From: Flaccisagitta enflata
Taxonomy: Eukaryota
NCBI GenBank assembly: GCA_965153355.1
Contig: OZ231126.1
Location: forward strand, 29,078,001-29,142,000
Reading direction: 5' to 3'
DNA: 64,000 nt
Each line of letters opens with the position of its first letter. The stretch's first letter is position 1. Made by a program: the position numbers and the translations under genes. Shown one piece after another: positions 1-32,690 of the stretch. Below the pieces are notes generated by a model. The model was not told where the DNA came from. It worked only from the letters and a program-made list of their open reading frames with translations, and made no database searches.

Positions 1-653
1 CCTATAACTATTCTTAGCAAAAATTGTCCATGTCCCACCCTTCTAGATTTATTTGAGAGGAAGGAATTAAGTTGGGGAATTCGGACACCCCCAACTCCTT
101 ATTTCATATAAATTTCAACCTAGCTGAGTTGTCAGTCCTAGACAAGGCCAGAAGCCAGCATATAACCTTATCCCATTAACCAAATATTCTATAAACTCGA
201 GAAAAATTATCTAAGGCTAAGAACAACTGCCTTTATGCCCGTTTACAAAATACTAATTCAAAGGTTTTTGATAATTACTTCTTTAGCCACAAAGTTAGTG
301 GTCATAGCCTAAGCTTGGATTTGTATGTATATGAGTGGAAGCATATACTTTACCGGAATTCAGTCTGTTGCACTTTACTAGTTAAAAAAAAATTCAACAG
401 TTTTTGTAAGACTATTTATATAAGAAGATTTTTTTCAGATAAACATTTTTACTTTTTGTTGCACACTTCATAGGATGAATTGTTGCAATCTTCACATGAT
501 TCTTTCCCCCCTGAGACACATGGTTGTCCCTCTTTTAACTACCATCACCACCGCGGCTCCTGCTTTATGTATAAACTCTTGTTTGTTGCACTCTTGTTGA
601 ATCAAAAGTTACACCTCTCACCTAACCCCCATACTTGTTTTGTTGTCCCTCAG

Positions 654-22182
<21,529 letters not shown>

Positions 22183-22276
22183 TGATATGGAGAAAAACAG
22201 AGAGAGAATTGCTAAGTTGTTCCTTCTACCTATGTGTATCAGTCTGTCCGTCTCTCTCTCTCTCTCTCTCTCTTTC

Positions 22277-22366
<90 letters not shown>

Positions 22367-22513
22367 CTCTCTTCTTCTCACAAGTGTATTTCAGAACATG
22401 TCACTTGTATTTCCACCTCACTCACTATTATGCCTCTTAGCAGCAAATTCTTGTCAAATCTGTCACAGAACAACAAATCTTGAATGGATAATGGATATAA
22501 GGTCGCGTATAAT

Positions 22514-22606
<93 letters not shown>

Positions 22607-24264
22607 CTCTATATCTCTCGCTTAATCTCTTTGTATCTTAGACAAATTATTATTGTTGTATTGAATGAATGTCAACTTCAAAGTATCGTAAACTTACTCA
22701 TTGATATATATGGAAGTAAATAAGAAGTGAATGTCAAATTTCTAGGAAATCAGGTGGTGAAGAAAATAGTTTGTCCCTATTGAAAGTAATCATCAGCAGA
22801 TTTAAAACTTTCTTTAAAGTTAGGAGATCAAATGTATTTTCGTGAAAAAAAGACATGCTATTACTATAAGAAATGATGAAAAATGACTGGAGATAGAGCC
22901 GCTACCACTTTATTTTCCATCGATGTAAAGTAACCACTTTTACTATCCGTTGTATTTGGGGCCATATATTCGCTTTAGTCCCTTGAGTGATTTGGGTTGC
23001 CAAAAATTCACGCTCTTAAAAAAACAGAATGCAAAAAATATAAACAACCCCCACCCCTCCCACTATACAAATAAGACCAGTTGTTGCATTTAGCTAATAC
23101 AGGAGATCCCCGCGATAACGGATTTTATGGAACCAGTTTTTTCTGTTCTTGCCAATGTAAAAAATGAAAGGACACAATTTTCTATGGAATTTTGTTACTG
23201 TTTTACCCGTTTCAGCAAGGTGTAATTGTATTTGTTTTTCTCGTCAGATAAGATTTAAGTTCTTGCCAACACAGTAGTCGCGGCGATCATGATGCATTTT
23301 TTTTTTCAGTTTAAGTTACTTTTCATGACTCTGTCCAGACGCTTGTCAGTAAATCTAAAGATTGGTTATTTTGATATTTGAATTATGTGTCCACAGCAAA
23401 TATACGTTTTTAAGTCGCGGATTAGCGACTTTCTGATAGGCTTTGTCCGTCCGTCAGTCTTATGGTGAGCACGAGAAGAAAAGTGGGATTACGCTCATTT
23501 CCGCCCCAGCCCACCCGCTTGCGACTGGTGTTGGCCGTTTATTCAGCCTTGTTTACATACACATTACACAACATACTTTACATGTTACCATAATGACACC
23601 TGAGGAAACTGCATCATGAATCGCCTGCCTACACAACATGCCAATCTTGGAGACTCCATTTTGAATATCTTATTTGTAGTACAAACCTCTTTCCGCCACT
23701 TGTCCCCCTTAGCATGATGTAAACAAAACAAACAAAAAACAAAGATAGTGACGCATTAAGTTAACGGACCAAAAACACTTTCTTTCTGGGTTTTAACTAT
23801 TGACATAAATTATCAAGAAAAATACACACCAGGATATGAAAACGCTCTCACATTCACTCTCACAAAAAAAGAACCCTCATGCATTGTATACGTTATTATC
23901 CATTTATTGATTGTTTTCATCGTTCAAACTCTCGTGATTAGGTTATGCAATTTTTTGTATGAATAAAGTTTTTCGCTTTTACTATAATTCATGTTTCTCC
24001 CTTTTTCTTGTCTTAAATAAAAAATCCATCTCCTAAAGATTTTTTTTCTCTCCTCCTCAAACCTTGTTGTATTTTGTATTGTGCCATGTTCTCTTTACAG
24101 GTTCGGAATATTATGAAATAAACGAAAAAAAATATCAAACGCGCCATAAAGAAGAAAGTGAAATATTCAATATCAACATACAGAAAACTGAATGAAAACA
24201 ATTAACATTAAAACAAAAAATCTTCGTACAAATTAAAGGCGATATCAGTGTTTATGGTGAAAAA

Positions 24265-27200
24265 ATGGCCGCGATGGCCGCGATGGCGATGAGTGTGGCT
24301 CCGCCCACCTCCAAAAAACGCGGAAGGCCGCGAAAAGACGCCGAAGAACCGCAACACAAGTTCAACGGCTCTTATGACAATAGGGTAAGTTATGATGTTT
24401 ATAAGGGCAATGTTGTTTCAACTTTCATAAGTATCAGTACTTCGGTGGAGAATGCCGGCGGTCCCAGTTGGTTGTACATCGTTTCTTCCCTCTAAAGGTA
24501 TGGTTTTTTAATCAATATTGCTAGTGTCAGTACTTCCATCAGTACATTAGTAGTCTTTGATTATAACTGTATTGGGGGCGTACCTGATAAGATGTAGGGA
24601 TTTCCCCTGGTCAATGGGTAATCAATGGAGTCTATGTACAGAAGTGTCTTCTGGATCTTGGAGGAGAAAGAGATATCACATATAGGGGTTGATGATGACG
24701 TTGTATTGAGGTACGACGCAATCGGTAAAGAATACAGTGTAAAGATATGTGAGAGGAGAAGCTGCCACGCGAATTATATGAGAAGATAATGCTATACTAG
24801 ACGCGTATGCCACTGCTGAACAACTGATGAATGATAAGAGAATGAACGTTAGGTAATGACAATCATTCATAGGCAAGACGTAACGACAGAATAATGACAG
24901 CATAATGACAATCTGATAACGACAGTAGCAATGGCTTACAATGTGAATCTAACAGCTTCTCCCCCCTTTCTATTCGAAAGTCCCGTGAGAACAAAGAAAA
25001 GGGTAAAACTGCTACTGGCGGGACTGTATCTATATACGCAAAATCATCAATATCACAGCGCAACAGTCAATGACAATCATAACTAAATGATGAGCATAAT
25101 AAGAGTTTGTGAATAAAAGGAATTCCACACATCTAATATTTGCTCGAAAGTGCGCAGTTTCTTGATAATAACAAGCTCATGTAGCGTAATCCTATGATGA
25201 CGCAATCGAAAGCTGCAGCAAGGCCCATTCTCGTTGACGGAGACCACCATACGTAGCAGCCGGTTGTTGAGGCCAATCGCCGGCAGTGATGTTGCCAAGG
25301 ACGAACAGACATGGAAAGAGAAATGACAGAACATGAAGAACCACAGCTAGTTCTCGCGAGTCTGTCTGTCAGTAATGGGTGAAAATGATTGATGACCGAT
25401 TCACCTTTTGATGATGACGACCCCATTCCCAAGATTGGGGAGTGACGACAACGTCTTGAACCATCGAGCCGGAGATACCGTTGCTTTGACGAGGTCAGCA
25501 AAAAGCGTGTAGGTAAGGTGTGACCCTTGGTGGTCACACAAGGATTCTTCTCGGGGGATAGATCTTGAAAACTTGCACGTGAGACTGTCCCTTTGGTGGG
25601 GCAATCGGCTTCTTCAGCATGGGCGACTTACAGATATAGTGTGACCCTCGGAGATCACACAAGGATTGGCGGTTTGGCACTAATCATCGGTGGGGCATTA
25701 ACTTCTTTTGCCACAACAACGGTTCTGCCCGTCAATGTCACAGAACGGATAATGCCAAAGAGACTCGTAGAGTCCCTCGGTAGACACCCAGGGATTCTTC
25801 TTGGAGGGAATGTTGAAAACTTGCGCTTGGGACTGTCCCTTAGGAGAGACAGAAAGCTTCTTTAGTGACAATGGTTCTGCCCGTCGATGGCACAGAACGG
25901 ATAAAAGAATAGTCTTGTTTTGGGTGAGGGATAAGCTTCTTTAGCTGCGATAACGGTTCTGCCCGTCGATGGCACAAAACAGACGAGAGGATGTTTTATC
26001 TTTGGTGAGAAAAGCTTCTTTAGCGGCATTAATTCTGCCCGTCGATGTCACAGAATAAATGAGGATGAATTAATCGGATTCAGAATTGGTAGAAGCTATC
26101 ATAGCTGTGAGAAATGGGCCGTGACTTCGAGAGAGTATCGTAAAACTATACCATTGACAAGGATATCAGATGAAATGATAATGAAATTATTCTGCGCTGC
26201 GTCCGGGAAAACATTGTTGGGTTCGGTCCCTTCAATGTTAGAGGGCTGGAAACACGAGAAAGATAAAATTTAGGTCTTTTTGATGAAAAGTGGTTCATCT
26301 CCATTGAAGCATTCAAGGTTCAAAGAGCGTAGAGTAATTTTCTGTCGAATCCGATGCCAGATGAGGAAACCGGATGGAGGGTAAGTCAACATCCCTCTTT
26401 TTAAAATGGTCGTCCCGACCATAGCACTTAAGTTTCAATTTCAGATGAGTAGGAAGCGTCTCAGCGCAATGCGGCGCAATCGAAGATATTAGTCAAAACT
26501 GATAATACTGCAGGGTTTGGTCCCTACAGAATGGACGTAAACGGCAGAAAATGAAGGTTGTTATGAAATTTAGGCATCTTACATGATGAGGAACCATTTT
26601 CTTCTGGTTCCATGCAGCTGGAAATCAATGAGCTTGAGTAAGACAATGTGATGCGGGTTCAATAATCTGTGAAGCTGATAAAAACAGTTGCCGGGTTGTA
26701 TAATATGGGTTGAATGAAGGTTGAAGTGAAGGTTGGTAGAGGAGGAGCGGAGTGTGAGGACTTCCAATTTCCATGTTACAGAGTTGCTTGAATGTGGGTG
26801 ATTTTGGCCAAGATGATATAAGGCCAGAGATATGTTTTCAGACTTGGGGATTTCCCCCGCTCCAGCAAAATAGGAAGACATCCAATCATTCCGATCATTC
26901 ATTAGGATCTGAACTTATTTGTGGCCACTAATAGAAAGGTTCATTCATATATCACATTCACCAATGTTGCACCTATTGCGTCGGCAGACAGTTATTCCTT
27001 CCTGTCCAAAAACGATATCTCAATTGGGATTTCCCCAGAGCGCGCGATTAGAAGCAAGCAAACTTGATCATTAGAAAGCAGGAAGTCGTAGAGAGTTAAG
27101 ACCAAGAAAGATGATGGATGACTGATTGATCACATGAGCAGGTGTCAAAAGTTATGAGATGTAACAGAGGCATGCCGAAAGATTGCTGAGTAATTACTCG

Positions 27201-30200
27201 ACTAGATGAGGTGCATTTACATGAAGATGAGACTAGCTACGGCGCAACGCGACTTGGGCTGTTCCATCAGGCTTCCAGCGCAATGATAAAACCAAATCTT
27301 GTGATAAGGCGCATCACAAAGCAAGGTAAAATAATGGACAGTTAAAGTGAAGTTTTGTAAGTCGAACAACAATGTAGCAATGCGGCTGAGATACACTTAC
27401 GTTAGACAGCAGTGGATAAGATGTAAGCCATGGATGACCGTTCAGTCAGTATCCAAGGCTGAGTGTACATACACTTAGAATTTTTCCTGTTTTCCAGGAT
27501 CCATGGGACGCCGGACACGAATCACCGCCAGATAAGTGTCATGATCCGGTTCCGAGATCCCCATCAGTTCCCAAAATTTGGTCGTTGTCAACAGCATGGA
27601 CTCAGGAGCGGGCGTTTCCACAGATTCAGGACTGACGCTGTCTTGGCGAGTGGGAAGTGTTAATTTATCTTTTGTCTCACTGACGAGGTCGGTGAGTGGG
27701 AGAGGTTCATGATTATGCTCACAAAAAAAAAGTGATAGAGGCCTCCTCAAGGAAGTTAGTAAGGTCCTGTACAGTAAGCTTGAATTTTCCCTTGCATTTT
27801 GTCTTCTTAGCATGGCGACACACCCATTTTTGATTGTATTTGTGGCATTGAGAGCCTCGTTCACGACGATGTTCATATCCTTTATAAACAATGACATCAA
27901 TTTTACGGGGCCCGACATCCTGGAACAGTAAAAGCTCGTCTTTCTTCAGTGGACGCTTTTTGTGATCCTCATCCCAAACTGATCCCACTGAAGGACTCTC
28001 TTGAACAGAGGGTTCAGAAGGCGAGATTGTCGGATACGTGGCAACCTTCGGTGATTGCCACTCAACATAACGGCTTGTTTCACGGGTTTCGATGAGCGGA
28101 GATGTTGAGGCACTGAGTGATGAGGTGCACAGTAGAGCTGCCTTCGGTGACAGCTCCACATTGGTCACATTGCATGGCGTGGTTGCCTTCAATGGCGAAC
28201 TCACATTGACAAGGTTGCATGGAAGGGTCGTCGTCGGCGGCGACTCCTTCCCTGTAGCACTTACAGCGGGAATGCCATCGCCTATTGGAGGTGGCGACAG
28301 AATGGCACCAAGTTGTGGTGATGAGTGTTCCGGAGTAGGCAGCCATGGAGATAATGTTGAGTGATGCAATAAGAATGGTGCTTCCAAATGAGGATCCATG
28401 AAGAACATAGGACATTGAGGCAAGTTCATATTCAACGGTGGTTGAGAAAAACATTCCAAGGCAAAATTGGGCTGTAGGTGTCCATGAGGCGGCGAGAAAA
28501 TGTGGGATGGCCGACCTAAGGGCCATGAGATAAGCCAAGGTAGGTTAGTCAGAGGCGGCATCGACAAATGGCAGGGCTGATAATATCTAAAATTTTGAAG
28601 TTGGTGACAACCACTCGCGATACTAGCAGTCTCGGTGTTGCTAGTCCATGGAGTAAACATTGACGGCACTGATGGGCGAAATGGCGTGACTACCATAGCA
28701 GGATTGTTGATGGGATACATTTTGCACAGATACAGCGGTTAGATGAGAGTTAGAAATTTTGATTCAATATTTTTGTCAAGTTTTTTTTTTTGTTCAAATA
28801 CAGATTTCAATATGAAGCTAAATAGAGTCATTCAAACAATTTCCTCCCGTTTATGTGGCACACGCGTCTAGACAAATATATACAGTATCTAAAGTAATTG
28901 AACAATCAGAAAGGAAGTTTCTATTTTTGATCGGATGCTGACAAGCTGATGGCGAAGTGACAGAGGAGACGGAGATGTATAAGCGTAGACGATGCGGTGA
29001 TGAAGGTGAGAATTAGCATGAAGCAAAGGAGAACTGATGAACACGCTCCGCCACATCCGGACTTGGCAGATCTCGTAACTGCTCTGGGGCAGGGCCGCAA
29101 GGGTGCCAACAGAACTCAAATGAGATATGGAAAAGAAGGCGCCAGAAAGATGGAAATCTCCTCTGGGTAACGTAGAATGCCAGAGGAAAAATTGAGTGTT
29201 CTCTTGCCACGGACAGAGAGTTTCCCCAAGAACACTCTGAAGCTGATCCGCACCTAGTAAATTGAATGGTCACGGGGTCTTCTTACGCATAGTATTCCCA
29301 AAACACCTGTCCACCCGGGGGGTGCGTGTAGAAGTGACGGACATATCCGGCGATGGAGGGTTAGTAATGGCTTTCTTACGCATGCATGGACGACCATAAG
29401 CAAAGTGTTCAATGCAGATCTATGGAGAAAGTCGACGATTTGCACCTTGAGGGACGAATGATCTTAAGGGCCCGCAACGTCGTAAGGGCTCCAAGGCACC
29501 GGCCACCCGAAGACACCATAATCTATATTGGGATTTCCCGGTAAAAAGCGAATTCTGGCGATGGCGGGTATCACTGAGGAGTGCTAAGCGTCCGCAGCCG
29601 ATCATAAGCGAACCGTTCAGCAATAATCGGGAAGTAGAAACGAAGAAGTGGAGAAGGAAAGTAGAAAACGCAGTTAGATGGGGATGTCCCCCGGACAAAT
29701 GACGGACGGGGATCTTCCCTAACACGGTATGTGTTAGAGAACGGACGAAGCACCAGCTATTGGGGGCGTACCTGATAAGATGTAGGGATTTCCCCTGGTC
29801 AATGGGTAATCAATGGAGTCTATGTACAGAAGTGTCTTCTGGATCTTGGAGGAGAAAGAGATATCACATATAGGGGTTGATGATGACGTTGTATTGAGGT
29901 ACGACGCAATCGGTAAAGAATACAGTGTAAAGATATGTGAGAGGAGAAGCTGCCACGCGAATTATATGAGAAGATAATGCTATACTAGACGCGTATGCCA
30001 CTGCTGAACAACTGATGAATGATAAGAGAATGAACGTTAGGTAATGACAATCATTCATAGGCAAGACGTAACGACAGAATGATGACAGCATAATGACAAT
30101 CTGATAACGACAGTAGCAGTGGCTTACAATGTGAATCTAACAACTGTTTTAAGATATTTTGTGTATACTGAATGGTATAGGCCTGTCCAACCCTATACTA

Positions 30201-31783
30201 ATGAAGTACGCAGTCAAGCTGATAGTTTTGTCAGGTAAGCCTTTTGTTTGTCAGTAGTAAAGGATAGTTGTGAGCAATCCGGAGTAAACACCATTGAAAG
30301 CTTGCAAGGCTTTCATCCTTTGTATATTTGAGAATTCTGCTTCTGGCCTCCTTTTATGAGGGCAATGTTGTTTCAACTTTCATAAGTATCAGTACCTTGG
30401 TAGAGAATGCTGGCGGTCCCAGTTGGTTGTACCTCGATTCTTGCCTATAAGGGTATGGTTTTCTAATCAATATTGCTAGTGTCAGTACTTCCATCAGTAC
30501 ATTAGTAGTCTTTGATTATAACTTTTGTTAGATATTTTGTGTATGCTGAATGGTATAGGCCTGTCCAACCCTTTATTAATGAGGTATGCAGTCAAGCTGC
30601 TAGTTTTGTCAGGTAAGCCTTTTGTTTGTCAGTAGTAAAGGATAGTTGTGAGCAATCCGGAGTAAACACCATTGAAAGCTTGCAAGGAGAATTCTGGCCT
30701 CCTTTTTAGATGCGTCCTCGCATCTCTATAAGAGGGTCTGTCCGTCCGTCGGTCCGTCCGTCCGTCCGTCCGTCGGTCCGTCCGTCGCCGGTTGGTCCGT
30801 CGGTCGGTCCGTTACGCCTGTGCTAAAACCGCGATTTTCGGCTGTTTTTGACCACGATGAGATCCTACACTGAATCTACTGAGAGACAAACATGTTTTGA
30901 GAGCCTCCATTACTACTCTTGACGGACGTCTGTCTTTTTTACTGTCTGTTTATCCATAAATGTCACATGATCAATACATGCAGAAACATAGTCCGGACGC
31001 ATCGTTGCCAGTTCGGGCTTGTTATAAAGGCAACTTTCATGAGTTACGACTGAAATATGATCGACGTTTCCTGATAATTTGGTAGGTTGAAAAGGATGAC
31101 TGAATACTTTAGTTCGGCGGCTTTAATGACGATTGGGTTAGTTAGGAAAGATGATCTCAATCGCTTCTACAGTGTGACATCAGGGTGGATCATGAGGGAT
31201 ATATACAGTCTAGTGACGATCAGCTCATTTTGGCAACGTATCAATGAACAGGATTTCGTAAAAGGACAAAAGGAAGGAGTTTTGTGATGTTACTTAACTT
31301 ACCTCATTTCTCCTCCTCCCCCATCTCAATCCGATATTTACAAACAAACACGCCTACACTCTCCCGCTGCTCTCTCGCACACACAAAAAAATCACACGCC
31401 AGATTGACAGTTCTTCCCCGGAGAAGCTGTTCCCGTGCTCCGAATGTCCCAAATCCTTTTCCAGCAAAACTTATCTCAATCAACACGAGCTGGTGCACTC
31501 TGACGAGCGGAAACACGAGTGCACGTACTGCGAGAAACGATTCAAACAAAAGTCTCACTTGCAACAACACGTGCGCAAACACACGGGCGAGCGACCGTAC
31601 AAGTGCGATCTCCCCGGCTGTAATCGCGCGTTTCCCCAACTCTCCAATCTGAAACGACATCAAAAGAATCACACGACAGAAATGGAAAAAGCGCGACAAA
31701 ACCCTTATCAATGCTCCGTCTGTACCGGACTCTTCTCCAGCGAAAGAGAACTGAGAGAACACGACCTCGTCTGTCTCGTTTAA
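24265..31783 (+). CDS. AT-hook plus C2H2 zinc-finger transcription factor, lin-29/rotund/ZNF384-like
   Basis: Exon 24265-24384 carries the KKRGRPRK AT-hook and a GTAAGT donor (phase 0). It joins exon 31403-31783: CSECPKSFSSKTYLNQH...H, [50 protein letters not shown], plus a C2HC-type fourth finger. The YL.QH / SHLQQH / PGC..AF.QLSNL series matches the rotund/lin-29 finger array. Confidence 0.8.
24570..30142 (-). mobile_element. Non-autonomous LTR retroelement (no gag/pol recognisable)
   Basis: 385-bp direct repeats at 24570-24954 and 29758-30142 with two mismatches seen. 4-bp TSD ACTG at 24566-24569 and 30143-30146. On the - strand the LTRs run TG...TA, a PBS-like TGGTGC follows the 5' LTR by 2 nt, and a polypurine tract GAAAGGGGGGAGAAG precedes the 3' LTR. 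Confidence 0.92.
27475..28720 (-). CDS. FLYWCH-like zinc-finger protein carried inside the LTR element, frameshifted at a T9 run
   Basis: ORF 28720-27719 has a Pro/Ser-rich N-terminus and ends IVYKGY...WVCRHAKKTKCKG...ITFF. The expected HxH (CEHNHEP) continues in the frame of ORF 27918-27475 after the A9 run at 27723-27731. Confidence 0.65.
30356..30702 (+). repeat. Local tandem duplication; uninterrupted copy of the LTR target region
   Basis: Matches 24400-24569 joined to 30147-30350. Confidence 0.85.
30703..31023 (+). mobile_element. DINE-1/HINE-like element, GATGCGTCC subfamily
   Basis: TTTTTAGATGCGTCCTCGCATCT hairpin, (GTCC)n, inverted GGACGCATC, terminal CTTGTT; partial copy at about 41205-41262. 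Confidence 0.7.
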
Positions 31784-31917
31784 GATGACGACAAGGAGGA
31801 GGAGGGAGAGGAGGAGGAACATACGCGTGGGATGGGATGGGCTCGAGGCCCGTGAGGGGGGAAGGGGGGGGGGGGTACTGCGCTGGTAGTGAGTGCGAAA
31901 AGGATGGGAGGGTGCAG

Positions 31918-32497
31918 AGGAATAGTCGCAAAAGCGTTAGATGGTCAGCGGTACCCGTTGCCCCTAAATGAGTGTATGAGGGTGTGAGGTGGTGAGAGGG
32001 GCAGCGGGCCCGAAGGAGCCGATGACCTATGCTGTTTTTATTTGAACCTGGAGGCTGGAATTGGCCTTTAAGCTGGGATTTGAGCTTAGAGGCGGGGATT
32101 TGAGCCTCGTGGCTGAGATTTGAGCCTTGTGGCTGAGAATTGAGCCTCGAGACTAGGATTTGAGCCTCGAGGTTGGGATTTGGGCCTTGAGGCTGGGATT
32201 TGGGCCTCGAGGCTGGGATTTGGGCCTCGAGGCTGGGATTTGGGCCTCGAGGCTGAGATTTGGGCAACGAGGCTGAGATTTAGGCCTCGAGGCTAGGATT
32301 TGGGCCTTGAGGCTGGGATTTGGGCCTCAAGGCTTGGATTTGGGTCTCGAGGCTGGGATTTGGGTTTCAAGGCTTGGATTTGGGCTTTGAGGCTTGGATT
32401 TGGGTCTCATGGAAGAGAAGGAGGAGGAGAAGGAGAAGGAGAAATTTCTCCTGTGTGAAAGCATAGGTCATCGGTCTTCGGGGCCGCTGCCCAAAAA
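31918..32497 (-). mobile_element. Family-B foldback element with an internal 20-bp minisatellite
   Basis: GGGCAGCGG...GATGACCTATGCT arms flank a tandem TGGGCCTCGAGGCTGGGATT array; related copy at about 41468-41964. Confidence 0.75.
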
Positions 32498-32648
32498 GGA
32501 GGAGTCATGAAGGAGAGATGGAAGAAGGAAAGGAGGGAGGGATGGTAGATAGGAAGCAAGCAAGCAAGCAAGCAAGTAAGCAAGCATACAAGGGAGGAAG
32601 GGAAGAAGGGGGGAAAGAAGGACTGAAAGAAAGGCAGGAAAGAAAGGC

Positions 32649-32690
<42 letters not shown>

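Noticed and set aside
31542-32267. 241-aa minus-strand ORF
   Set aside because: It is a read-through of a 20-bp minisatellite and the antisense strand of the zinc-finger exon.
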